Assembly: GCA_963693365.1 (NCBI GenBank)
Contig: CAVNZM010000018.1
Location: 186,001-250,000, forward strand
Reading direction: 5' to 3'
Length of the DNA: 64,000 nt
Origin: Amoebidium appalachense
Lineage: Eukaryota > Protista > Ichthyosporea
The notes under the pieces were generated by a model. It ran no database searches and was not told the DNA's origin. It was given only the letters and a program-made list of their open reading frames with translations. Positions 1 through 11,270 of the stretch are shown in pieces (positions within the stretch are counted from its first letter, which is position 1; each line of letters opens with the position of its first letter). The translations under genes and the position numbers were made by a program.

Positions 1-2530
1 GGTGGTGCTCAGTACTTGGCGACGTTCCACGACGAATTCACCGGCCACACCACGGCCGTGCCCCTCGTCAAGAAGTCGGACACACTGGCTGCATATGTGA
101 CGTACCACATTGTCAAGGCGGCGGTTACCCAACACGGTGTTCCCATGCAGGTGTTTCAGTCCGACGGGGGGGCGAGTACATGGGCACGGCCTTCGGGGAC
201 TACAACCGTGAGCATGGCATTCGCCATCAGATCACTACCACCGGCTCTCCTCAACAGAATGGGACTGCCGAACGACTGAACCGGACCCTCCTCGACATGG
301 TTCGGGCACTCCTGCAGCAGTCCGGCCTTCCGGTGGGATTCTGGGCCGAGGCAGCTGTGACCGCGGCTTTTATACGCAACATGCTCCCGTCGCGAGCCAC
401 CGGCAGCCAATCGTCTCCCGCCCTGCTGTGGACCGGCATTCCTCCCGACTACAGCCGGCTCCGTGTCTGGGGCTCTCCCTGCTACGTCCATCAACAGGAT
501 ACACCGAAACTGGCGCCTCGTGCCGTCAAGGGCATCTTCGTGGGCTACCCTCCTAACATCAAGGGCTACAAGGTCTGGATTCCAGCAGCACACAAGATGA
601 CCGTCAGCCGTGACGTGCAGTTCGACGAGGCTGCTATTCTGCACCCCCTCCGTGATGTCCCATCTGATTGGTCGACCGCACCGGCAATTCATCATTTTTT
701 GGAGTCATCTGATTCGTCAAATCAGCCAGCCAATCACATCGTCCGGAATGATCAGCAATCTGATTCGTCTCGTCTGTCAGCCAATGGGACAGCGCCGAGT
801 GATCAATTGGACATTCCGATCCTGCCCGAGCCTGCACATCGGCTCCCCCGGACGACCCGTAGTGGCGCTGTGTACAACGACCAACGTCGAAGCCCGACTG
901 CCAACGTGGCTGCTGCTACGGCCCCCCTTGCCCCCCAGGCTACGGCTCCTGCATCAACACCCATCAAGGCTTCCACCATTGTTGTCCCCAAGACTGTCCG
1001 GGCTGCACTCAAGAGTCCCCAGCGTCTGAAATGGGAGGAGGCTGCACACCGTGAGCTCAAGGCCCTGGAAGACAACGGCACCTTCACCCTTGTGCCCCGT
1101 CCAGAGGATGGCTCCACTGTCATTCCGGTCGGCTGGGTCTTTACGGTCAAGCAGGACAACGTCGGCAACGTCACTGCTTTCAAGGCCCGGCTTGTGGCCC
1201 GGGGCAACTACCAGCAGCCTGGCCAGGACTATTTCGTCACCGAGTCACCTGTGGCTGCGCTGGCTACCATCCGGCTGGTTTTGGCTACCTCCGTGGCCCA
1301 AGGTCTGCCTCTGCGCCACATCGACGTCAACACAGCATTCCTCAACGGCACCGTCAACGAGACCATCTACATTGAGCAGCCCCCTGGCTTCGTCAACCCC
1401 TCGGCCCCCCATGCTGTCGGCTTGCTCCACAAGGCGCTCTACGGCCTAAAACAGGCACCGCGCCAGTGGTATGAGGCCCTCCGTGACCATCTCCTCGACC
1501 AAGGCTTCATTGTGAGTGCTGCTGACCCGTGCCTGTTCATCAAGAATGCCGGGACCCCAACGTTTATTGCCCTTGCTGCCTACGTGGATGACTTCACCGT
1601 GACGGCCGCCACTGATGCGCTCATCGACGATTTTTTCACCAAGCTGGATGCTCGTTTCTCTGCCAAGGACCTGGGTCGTCCTACCCTGCTCATCGGGCAC
1701 ACTCTTACCTGGCTGGAGGACGGGTCTCTGCGTCTGGGCCATCGTCAACACATCATCGACTTGGCTGCCCGTTTTCGTCTCACCCACATGTCCGGCACCA
1801 AGACCCCCATCGTCCCGGGCCAGGCCAGTGAAAGCAACAAGACCCCAGCCTACAGCAAGAAGGAGGACTATGCCAGCCTGGTCGGTGCCCTGCTGTGGAT
1901 TGCGCGTACCACCCGCCCCGACATTTCCCAGGCTCTGGGAGTCCTTACTCGACACATTCATGCGCCCACCGTCACCCACTGGACTATGGCTACCAGAGTT
2001 GTAAGCTACCTGCTGGCCACCATCGACCTGGGTATTGTCTACCGTCCCGGCCCCCCCAACCTTGTTGGCTACTCCGACTCCGACTACGCCGAGGACCGTG
2101 ACACCCGGCGCTCCACCACGGGCTATGTCTTCTTCATCAACTCCTCCCTGTGTCCTGGGTGTCTCGGCTCCAGTCCATCACCACCCACAGCTCCACTGAG
2201 GCTGAATTTGTGGCCATGTCTGCTGCTACGAACGAGGCCCTATGGCTCAACTATGTGATGGACGACCTGGGCCTTAATCCTATCAATGAGCCCACCCCGG
2301 TGCCCATCCATGGGGACAATGAGTCTGCCCGGGCCCTGCTGGACACCCTGGGGGTTAAGCCCAAGACCAAGCACATCGACGTCCGCTACTGCTCCGTCAA
2401 GGAACATCACCTGCTGGGCAACATCACTGTGGTCCCGGTGGCTTCTGCTGACAACAAGGCCGACATGTTCACCAAGGCCCTGTCTGCCTCTTTCTTCACC
2501 AAGGCCGTGGGGATGCTCAACATGTGCTGA
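1..2530 (+). CDS. Copia Pol, copy 1 (partial: integrase-RT-RNase H) with two apparent frameshifts
   Basis: Motifs FQSDGG, PQQNGTAERLNRT, FKARLVARG, HIDVNTAFLNG, LYGLKQAPRQW, YVDD, GYSDSDY, SSTEAEF, KHIDVRY, ADMFTKAL. The frame breaks at G7 (166-172) and C3 (2146-2148). Confidence 0.95.
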
Positions 2531-2703
2531 GCACCCGTCATCAACCAACTGCGCCCTCATACTTCAGGGGGGGGGAGAGAGTTGCATCCGACTGTGCAAC
2601 TACGTGTACCATACTAAAATTGAGTAGGGGAATCTTTATTGTCTGTATTTTGTGCACCTGAAGCACTCGAGCTCAGTTGCATTAATTCATACCACAATTA
2701 TCC

Positions 2704-2716
2704 AATTGAGTAGGGG
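2704..2716 (+). other. Polypurine tract (AATTGAGTAGGGG) abutting the LTR; equivalent copy at 7825-7837
   Basis: Purine-rich run directly 5' of the TGTTGG LTR start. An identical 13-mer also lies at 2618-2630. Confidence 0.8.
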
Positions 2717-3484
2717 TGTTGGAGTACACTGGTACTCCCGGCTAGCAATGTCTGTTAGAGAAAGTTTCTGAGCAATTGAATAACTGTTTCAACACTCACT
2801 CGAGTGCATAGAGCTTTTGTTTACGGTCATATTCATATATGGTAGTTATATGTTTGAGCCAAAACTGTACCAATGACGAGCTTCACTAGCAACGTGCTAA
2901 TTGTGCTCTCTTTTCGGCTATTCCCGGTTCAGATGATGTCATGTCTATATTTGCCACAGGATTCTATTCTTAGAGTGGTAGTGTGCTTTATTCCCGGATA
3001 TTCTCAGAATATTTTTAGTTGTGTGAAGCAAGATTTACGTTTAACTGCAATTGGTGTGTTAAACACGTTTATTTGTGTGCTTTAGTGCAAGTTAACTAGC
3101 CACTCAACGTGCACAGTTAACTTTTATATCTTTAACGACTTGTTTTCATTGTGCTCTCTTTTCGGCCATGCTGTACATGGCCCACCACCAGGGTGCACAC
3201 GAGGCCACCATGAGGTGGCCAACGACTATATAAAGCAGTGCCTCCCATGTCACAAACATGGGAAGCAGAACGTTTGATTTACACTTTTCTACTGTCGTTT
3301 CCAGTGCACAAAACACATAGACTAGTTACCCATCATACACGACACTATGTCTCAGACAACTTACAGTTGCAGCAACTAGTCCAACTACTGGAGCAGAGGT
3401 TGGCCTCACAAGATGCAATCATTTCTGACTTACAGAAGGAACAACGTGCACTAGAACTAGCTTCTATGAACACAATGTCCAACA
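2717..3484 (+). repeat. LTR (768 bp) shared by the two tandem copies
   Basis: Begins TGTTGGA and ends TCCAACA (7-bp terminal inverted repeat). Preceded by PPT, followed by PBS; TATATAAA at 3227-3234. Confidence 0.93.
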
Positions 3485-6400
3485 GGGTTATGGGCCCCTC
3501 ACGTAATGATTCCATCAAGTTCAAGGTCGACATCCCTCTCTTCACTGGCATTGATAATGATTCAGGCACGGACTACCACACATGGGCCGAAACCATGTAT
3601 GTCCAGCTTTCTGGTGCTGGTCTTCTCCACACCATCGCGCCCAGTACGGAGCACCCGGCTACCCGTGAACAGGTCGACACTGCCCGTTCCTACCTGTGGC
3701 AAGCACTCTCGGTTGACGTGCGTTGTATCCTAGGGTTAACACGCACCACCACACCTGCGGAGATATGGTCGGCCCTATCTGCCCACTACCTGGAGCAATC
3801 TGAGGCCAATCAGTACGACCTTATCGGGCTGTACATGAATTCTACGCCTGAACCTACGGACACCGCGACGAAATACGCCATGAAACTCCGCGGCTACGTG
3901 CGGCGCCTGGCCGATTACGGCACACAAATTGGTGATGCTCAAGTGCTGACCAAGCTCACCAACGACCTCGGCAAGGTGCCTTACTACGAAATGCCTGTAA
4001 TTGCCTACAAGATGACACCCAAGCCTACCGTGATGGGCCTCCTCCAACAGCTACGGGCATATGAGACCAGCCACCCACGTGCACGTGTGACTACCAGCTC
4101 CGGGCCGGCCGCCTTCACCACACGGGCTCCTCAACCTGTCATCTGCCACGGCTGCGGCAAACCAGGCCACATCAAGTCTCAGTGCCCCAACGGCAACGGC
4201 CAACACAGCAACTCTGGCAACAACCGTGCCAGCACCTACCCCAAGGGTTCCTGCGTCAACCACCCACTGTCTACCAGTCACACTACCGCCATGTGCAAGG
4301 GGGGCAACCGTGCCAACGGCCGCAAACCTAAGGGTGGTCCCCTCCCGCCTGGGTCCTGCATCAACCACCCTGCCTCTACTACCCACACTACGGCACAGTG
4401 CAAGGGGGGGGCTGCCGCTCCCCGGGCTTTCCTCATGTCTAGCAACGACTGTGGCACCAACAAGGTGCTCCTCGACTCTGGAGCCACTGACCATGTGTGC
4501 CCCCGGCCCGATGTGTTCATCAACATGCGTGCGGCGCCTTACTCCACGGTCCAAGTAGCCGACAAGGGTGCATGTGCAGTGCTTGGGGTGGGCGACGTGT
4601 TCTTTTCCAGCACCATCGACGGCGTTACTGCGGTGCATCAGCTGACGGATGTACTCTACGTGCCCTCCATCCCCGACACTCTCATCAGTGTGTTCACGGC
4701 AACTACCAACGGTGTTTTACCCCGCTTTGACACCCGCGGCGGCGTTAAGTTGTGCTACGGCGATCAAATTCTGGCCACCGGCTCGGCTGTCGGCACCAAG
4801 CTGTACCACATGGCGGTGTCTCTTCTGCGCGCGGACACAACCCCGGACGCCCAAACCACCACTGCTCCGCGTATCCTCAAGGTTACTGCCGACCTCAACA
4901 CGTGGCACTACCGTCTGGGCCATGCTGGCATTGACGCTGTACGCTCGGTCATCAAGTCTGCAGGCCTGTTGGTGGGTGGCGGTGCCAAGTCTCCGGGTGT
5001 GTGTGAGCCCTGTGCCCTCGGCAAAGCCCACCGTGTTGCCTTCTCCGAATCAACTAGCCAAGCTCCCCGGGTCCTAGCCAAGGTTCACAGCGACATCAGC
5101 GGCCCCTTCCCTCCCGCGATCGGTGGTGCTCAGTACTTGGCGACGTTCCACGACGAATTCACCGGCCACACCACGGCCGTGCCCCTCGTCAAGAAGTCGG
5201 ACACACTGGCTGCATATGTGACGTACCACATTGTCAAGGCGGCGGTTACCCAACACGGTGTTCCCATGCAGGTGTTTCAGTCCGACGGGGGGGCGAGTAC
5301 ATGGGCACGGCCTTCGGGGACTACAACCGTGAGCATGGCATTCGCCATCAGATCACTACCACCGGCTCTCCTCAACAGAATGGGACTGCCGAACGACTGA
5401 ACCGGACCCTCCTCGACATGGTTCGGGCACTCCTGCAGCAGTCCGGCCTTCCGGTGGGATTCTGGGCCGAGGCAGCTGTGACCGCGGCTTTTATACGCAA
5501 CATGCTCCCGTCGCGAGCCACCGGCAGCCAATCGTCTCCCGCCCTGCTGTGGACCGGCATTCCTCCCGACTACAGCCGGCTCCGTGTCTGGGGCTCTCCC
5601 TGCTACGTCCATCAACAGGATACACCGAAACTGGCGCCTCGTGCCGTCAAGGGCATCTTCGTGGGCTACCCTCCTAACATCAAGGGCTACAAGGTCTGGA
5701 TTCCAGCAGCACACAAGATGACCGTCAGCCGTGACGTGCAGTTCGACGAGGCTGCTATTCTGCACCCCCTCCGTGATGTCCCATCTGATTGGTCGACCGC
5801 ACCGGCAATTCATCATTTTTTGGAGTCATCTGATTCGTCAAATCAGCCAGCCAATCACATCGTCCGGAATGATCAGCAATCTGATTCGTCTCGTCTGTCA
5901 GCCAATGGGACAGCGCCGAGTGATCAATTGGACATTCCGATCCTGCCCGAGCCTGCACATCGGCTCCCCCGGACGACCCGTAGTGGCGCTGTGTACAACG
6001 ACCAACGTCGAAGCCCGACTGCCAACGTGGCTGCTGCTACGGCCCCCCTTGCCCCCCAGGCTACGGCTCCTGCATCAACACCCATCAAGGCTTCCACCAT
6101 TGTTGTCCCCAAGACTGTCCGGGCTGCACTCAAGAGTCCCCAGCGTCTGAAATGGGAGGAGGCTGCACACCGTGAGCTCAAGGCCCTGGAAGACAACGGC
6201 ACCTTCACCCTTGTGCCCCGTCCAGAGGATGGCTCCACTGTCATTCCGGTCGGCTGGGTCTTTACGGTCAAGCAGGACAACGTCGGCAACGTCACTGCTT
6301 TCAAGGCCCGGCTTGTGGCCCGGGGCAACTACCAGCAGCCTGGCCAGGACTATTTCGTCACCGAGTCACCTGTGGCTGCGCTGGCTACCATCCGGCTGGT

Positions 6401-7651
6401 TTTGGCTACCTCCGTGGCCCAAGGTCTGCCTCTGCGCCACATCGACGTCAACACAGCATTCCTCAACGGCACCGTCAACGAGACCATCTACATTGAGCAG
6501 CCCCCTGGCTTCGTCAACCCCTCGGCCCCCCATGCTGTCGGCTTGCTCCACAAGGCGCTCTACGGCCTAAAACAGGCACCGCGCCAGTGGTATGAGGCCC
6601 TCCGTGACCATCTCCTCGACCAAGGCTTCATTGTGAGTGCTGCTGACCCGTGCCTGTTCATCAAGAATGCCGGGACCCCAACGTTTATTGCCCTTGCTGC
6701 CTACGTGGATGACTTCACCGTGACGGCCGCCACTGATGCGCTCATCGACGATTTTTTCACCAAGCTGGATGCTCGTTTCTCTGCCAAGGACCTGGGTCGT
6801 CCTACCCTGCTCATCGGGCACACTCTTACCTGGCTGGAGGACGGGTCTCTGCGTCTGGGCCATCGTCAACACATCATCGACTTGGCTGCCCGTTTTCGTC
6901 TCACCCACATGTCCGGCACCAAGACCCCCATCGTCCCGGGCCAGGCCAGTGAAAGCAACAAGACCCCAGCCTACAGCAAGAAGGAGGACTATGCCAGCCT
7001 GGTCGGTGCCCTGCTGTGGATTGCGCGTACCACCCGCCCCGACATTTCCCAGGCTCTGGGAGTCCTTACTCGACACATTCATGCGCCCACCGTCACCCAC
7101 TGGACTATGGCTACCAGAGTTGTAAGCTACCTGCTGGCCACCATCGACCTGGGTATTGTCTACCGTCCCGGCCCCCCCAACCTTGTTGGCTACTCCGACT
7201 CCGACTACGCCGAGGACCGTGACACCCGGCGCTCCACCACGGGCTATGTCTTCTTCATCAACTCCTCCCTGTGTCCTGGGTGTCTCGGCTCCAGTCCATC
7301 ACCACCCACAGCTCCACTGAGGCTGAATTTGTGGCCATGTCTGCTGCTACGAACGAGGCCCTATGGCTCAACTATGTGATGGACGACCTGGGCCTTAATC
7401 CTATCAATGAGCCCACCCCGGTGCCCATCCATGGGGACAATGAGTCTGCCCGGGCCCTGCTGGACACCCTGGGGGTTAAGCCCAAGACCAAGCACATCGA
7501 CGTCCGCTACTGCTCCGTCAAGGAACATCACCTGCTGGGCAACATCACTGTGGTCCCGGTGGCTTCTGCTGACAACAAGGCCGACATGTTCACCAAGGCC
7601 CTGTCTGCCTCTTTCTTCACCAAGGCCGTGGGGATGCTCAACATGTGCTGA
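3247..7651 (+). CDS. Copia Gag-Pol, copy 2 (full length; reading frame opens inside the LTR; two apparent frameshifts)
   Basis: CCHC knuckle CHGCGKPGHIKSQC, protease LLDSGATDH, WHYRLGH/CEPC zinc finger, integrase HSDISGP, RT YVDD, RNase H. Frame breaks at 5287-5293 and 7267-7269. The start codon is uncertain (in-frame ATGs at 3247 and 3466). Confidence 0.93.
3485..3503 (+). other. Primer-binding site complementary to the anticodon arm of initiator tRNA-Met (half-tRNA, Hemivirus type)
   Basis: GGGTTATGGGCCC directly after CAACA is the complement of GGGCCCAUAACCC of eukaryotic tRNAiMet, the same PBS type as Drosophila copia and yeast Ty5. Confidence 0.9.
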
Positions 7652-7837
7652 GCACCCGTCATCAACCAACTGCGCCCTCATACTTCAGGGGGGGGGAGAG
7701 AGTTGCATCCGACTGTGCAACTACGTGTACCATACTAAAATTGAGTAGGGGAATCTTTATTGTCTGTATTTTGTGCACCTGAAGCACTCGAGCTCAGTTG
7801 CATTAATTCATACCACAATTATCCAATTGAGTAGGGG

Positions 7838-8605
7838 TGTTGGAGTACACTGGTACTCCCGGCTAGCAATGTCTGTTAGAGAAAGTTTCTGAGCAATTGA
7901 ATAACTGTTTCAACACTCACTCGAGTGCATAGAGCTTTTGTTTACGGTCATATTCATATATGGTAGTTATATGTTTGAGCCAAAACTGTACCAATGACGA
8001 GCTTCACTAGCAACGTGCTAATTGTGCTCTCTTTTCGGCTATTCCCGGTTCAGATGATGTCATGTCTATATTTGCCACAGGATTCTATTCTTAGAGTGGT
8101 AGTGTGCTTTATTCCCGGATATTCTCAGAATATTTTTAGTTGTGTGAAGCAAGATTTACGTTTAACTGCAATTGGTGTGTTAAACACGTTTATTTGTGTG
8201 CTTTAGTGCAAGTTAACTAGCCACTCAACGTGCACAGTTAACTTTTATATCTTTAACGACTTGTTTTCATTGTGCTCTCTTTTCGGCCATGCTGTACATG
8301 GCCCACCACCAGGGTGCACACGAGGCCACCATGAGGTGGCCAACGACTATATAAAGCAGTGCCTCCCATGTCACAAACATGGGAAGCAGAACGTTTGATT
8401 TACACTTTTCTACTGTCGTTTCCAGTGCACAAAACACATAGACTAGTTACCCATCATACACGACACTATGTCTCAGACAACTTACAGTTGCAGCAACTAG
8501 TCCAACTACTGGAGCAGAGGTTGGCCTCACAAGATGCAATCATTTCTGACTTACAGAAGGAACAACGTGCACTAGAACTAGCTTCTATGAACACAATGTC
8601 CAACA
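7838..8605 (+). repeat. 3' LTR (768 bp); probable 5-bp TSD AGTAA at 8606-8610
   Basis: Copy of 2717-3484. After CAACA the sequence switches to host LysM DNA instead of the PBS. Confidence 0.93.
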
Positions 8606-8669
8606 AGTAATCCCCCTTGTGGACTGTATAGAGCCCCCCCGAAGGGCATTTCGAAGCAAAAGAATCCAC
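8606..8669 (-). pseudogene. LysM-domain gene copy 1, 5' remnant interrupted by the copia array
   Basis: Translates DSFASKCPSGGLYTVHKGDY and then runs into LTR sequence. Nearly identical to the LysM start at 11116-11170. Confidence 0.8.
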
Positions 8670-9038
8670 ATTCGCTGCACGATTTTGGTCAGTTGTATCA
8701 ACTTGTATAAAAACGTGTATGATTTGCGAGATGATCGGTGTTTGTTGAGGAACCTAGATTTTGGTTTTTGAGCTTTTCTTGGGTGTCTTCCAAAAAGTGT
8801 GTTGTTAGGGTGGCGACAGGAGTGGTAGGATGAAAACACGTGCTAAGTAAAGACTGAGTGGTAGGATGAAAACACCGTGACGTGCTAAGTAAAGGCTCGT
8901 GTAAGGGAAGGAAGGTAGGATATGTGATCGGAAGGAGGAGGCAAGGGATCAAGAGTCGACAAGGGGGGGGGGGGGGGGGGGGAATGAGTTAGAGTGCATT
9001 GACTTGAGTATGCAAAGCCATGCATATGTGTGCCACAG
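8606..9038. repeat. Diverged duplicate of 11116-11518 (LysM 5' coding plus upstream DNA)
   Basis: AGTAATCCCCCTTGTGGACTGTATAGAGCCCCCCC, TTTTGGTCAGTTGT, GATGATCGGTGTT, GAGTGGTAGGA, AGAGTGCATT, TGCAAAGCC and GTGCCAC are collinear in both copies. Confidence 0.88.
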
Positions 9039-10947
9039 TATGTCCTTCTTAGTGAGTTTTTTTCGGCTTTTTTCGAACTCGGGTTTATTCCAAATTCGTG
9101 GCAGTTGACACAATCGTTACGCCCGTTCGTAAGAAGGTATCGCAGGGGGTCATTAACGACTTTCGTCCCGTCACACTTACCAACGTTTTTCGTCGGCTCT
9201 TCGAGGGTTGCATGCTTCGCGCATTTAACACCGACGATTCTTTAAACGCCGTGTTCCGTCTTTCTTCCCTTCAAGGGGGCTTTCGTCATGCCTATTCGTG
9301 TTATACTCACAGTCTGTTCTTCCATGAATCCATTACTTCTGGCTCTCCACACGTTGTCTTCATCGACCGTAAGAACGCCTACGACACCGTACCCACTGGT
9401 TTGTTATGGCATAATAAGCTAGCTATGCGGGGCTTACCAGCCCCCTTTGGCCGTCTTCTGCAAGCGTTGTTCGATACCACTCGCGGACGCGCGGCGGTCA
9501 ATGGAACATTAACACCCGGTTTTTCCCGTTCCCGGGGTCTTCTGCAGGGGTCCCTCCTGAGTCCGTTGTTGTTTGACGTTTTCATTGACGATTTAGCCTG
9601 CGCCCTCGAACCCTTTGGCCAACTGCATACCCGTCGTGTACCGGGTCTCCTTTTTGCGGACGATATTGTTCTTTGTTCCTTAACCGAAGATGTCATGCAC
9701 CAGATGCTTCGTCAGGTGGATCAATGGTGCACCGAGAATTTCATGACAGTCGGAATTGCAAAGTGTGCTACTTTTCGAAGCACACTTCCTTTCGATTGGC
9801 CGGCCTTCCTATTCCTGTTCAGAGCACCTATGACTATTTGGGTATTCCTTTTACTGCACGGGGTATTGATTTCCGCAAGCTCCTCACAGCACGGATCGCT
9901 CGTGCGAAGGGTAAGCTTCACATCGTGTCAAATATGTTTCAACAGGAGTCTGTGATCCATCCTGCGAACCTTCTTCTCTACTATAAAACTTTTTTACGGC
10001 CGACTTTCGAATATGGACTTCCGCTATTGGCCTGCGCCCCACCTCGCGAGGCGGCAATGGCGCTGAACGAGTTCGACGATTTTCAGGGTACTGCGCTACG
10101 CACTTTGTTTCGTACTCGGTTTGTGCCTCCCTTAATCAGTATGTTTGGATTGTCGTCTGCTGTTTGTCGTATGGAGGAATTGTCTCTTCGTTTTTGTTTT
10201 CATGTAGTTAGGCTACCTGATGGTCACCCTCTTTATGCTTTCTTTCCCCCCCTCCCTCCATCCCTCTTCCCCCCCGATTCACCAACGCTACTTCTGAATG
10301 TCCTCAGCCTACCCCTCTTTCCACCTGATTCTTCCTCTCGCTATCTCACTCCCTCTTTCTTTTCTCTTCCTGTTTTTTCTGCCTTTTCGCGTTATTATTA
10401 CCATACGCAGTATAAGTTTCTTTCTCGTTCTGATAGAGAAATCAAAGGTAAAACTCAGTCGGCATGTGTTATGTTCCTTAGGCAACACCGTACTGATCAT
10501 TATCGCTTTTTGGGAGCTTTGGCAGGATACATTTCTCCTGCTGTACGTATGGATACCACCCTAGTAGATAAGTCTGTATGGTGCTCTGATGTTGATATTG
10601 CCTGGGAAGTTGTGCAGTGGCGCTGTAATTCTTGTTTTCATCGCCGCTGGTGCCACTTTTGTGCTGACCTTTTTAATCGCAAGCATGTTGATAGGTGTGA
10701 ATTTTTATGTCGCGTTTTACCTCTTTCCCTCCGGGTATCTGCTACACTAGCTGGCAATGTGAACACTTCAGACTTTTTGTTGAATTCTGTTGGTCGTCAC
10801 ATTGAGTATTTATATGATTTTCACACAGTGTTCAGGTATCTCAGTATGCACTTGTTACTGGATAACTCGTGAAGTTTTTATTGTCTTCTCAGTATGCCGT
10901 GCATACTTGTCATAGCTTTCCGTCGAATAAATCCAGTCAAAAGAAAA
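9039..10947 (+). mobile_element. 5'-truncated non-LTR retrotransposon (LINE): RT plus C-terminal Cys/His region, frameshifted
   Basis: IPNSW, FRPVTLTNVFRRLFE, LQGGFR, FIDRKNAYDTV, GLLQGSLLSPLLF, LFADD, YDYLG, TFLRPTFEYG, WRCN..C..C..FNRKH..C. No endonuclease or ORF1 is present. The 3' end is AATAAA followed by an A-rich tail. Confidence 0.92.
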
Positions 10948-10950
10948 TTT

Positions 10951-11270
10951 TTTCACTCTCGTTTGCGATATAGGGTGAACTGCACGGAATACGGTTGGGG
11001 GCGCAAATGTGCATGCCGTTGTAGTTTCCGGTGTAAATTCCGTCGCAGTCTATCCCGGGGTTTAGGGAGTAAAAATCCTCCTCGAGCATGCCCATACGTA
11101 CCCATATCCGGTAGCAGTAATCCCCCTTGTGGACTGTATAGAGCCCCCCCGCAGGGCATTTCGCGGCAACTGACTGAATCCACATCCGCTGAATAATTTT
11201 GGTCAGTTGTGCCACTTGTATAACGTGTAGGGCGTAAATGCGGGATGATCGGTGTTCGTTTTTTATCAAG
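10951..11270 (-). pseudogene. LysM-domain gene copy 2, truncated in its second repeat by the LINE 3' end
   Basis: KCPAGGLYTVHKGDYCYRIWVRMGMLEEDFYSLNPGIDCD...HIC fits the Cys-containing eukaryotic LysM pattern (YTVxxGDxC...F..LNP..C). The next repeat start CSSPYIANESE stops at the LINE tail. The 5' end and signal peptide are unresolved. Confidence 0.85.

Larger units (their letters stand above)
1..8605 (+). mobile_element. Tandem Ty1/copia LTR retrotransposon array: partial internal region - LTR - complete internal region - LTR, with the middle LTR shared
   Basis: Sequence 1-3484 recurs at 5122-8605 (period 5121; ORF translations identical). Domain order PR-IN-RT-RH is diagnostic of copia. 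LTRs, PBS and PPT are all visible. Confidence 0.97.

Noticed and set aside
2580-2586. LTR start at AGTTGCA after the G-rich tract
   Set aside because: TGTTGGA at 2717 matches the TCCAACA end as an inverted repeat and has its own PPT.
156-7748. Antisense and alternate-frame ORFs overlapping the copia Pol
   Set aside because: Shadows of GC-rich coding sequence, with no motifs.
11116-11195. Possible HDV-like or hammerhead ribozyme, or snRNA, in the repeat hit by the copia element
   Set aside because: The required P1 and catalytic core motifs do not fit, and the minus strand encodes a LysM domain that explains the conservation.
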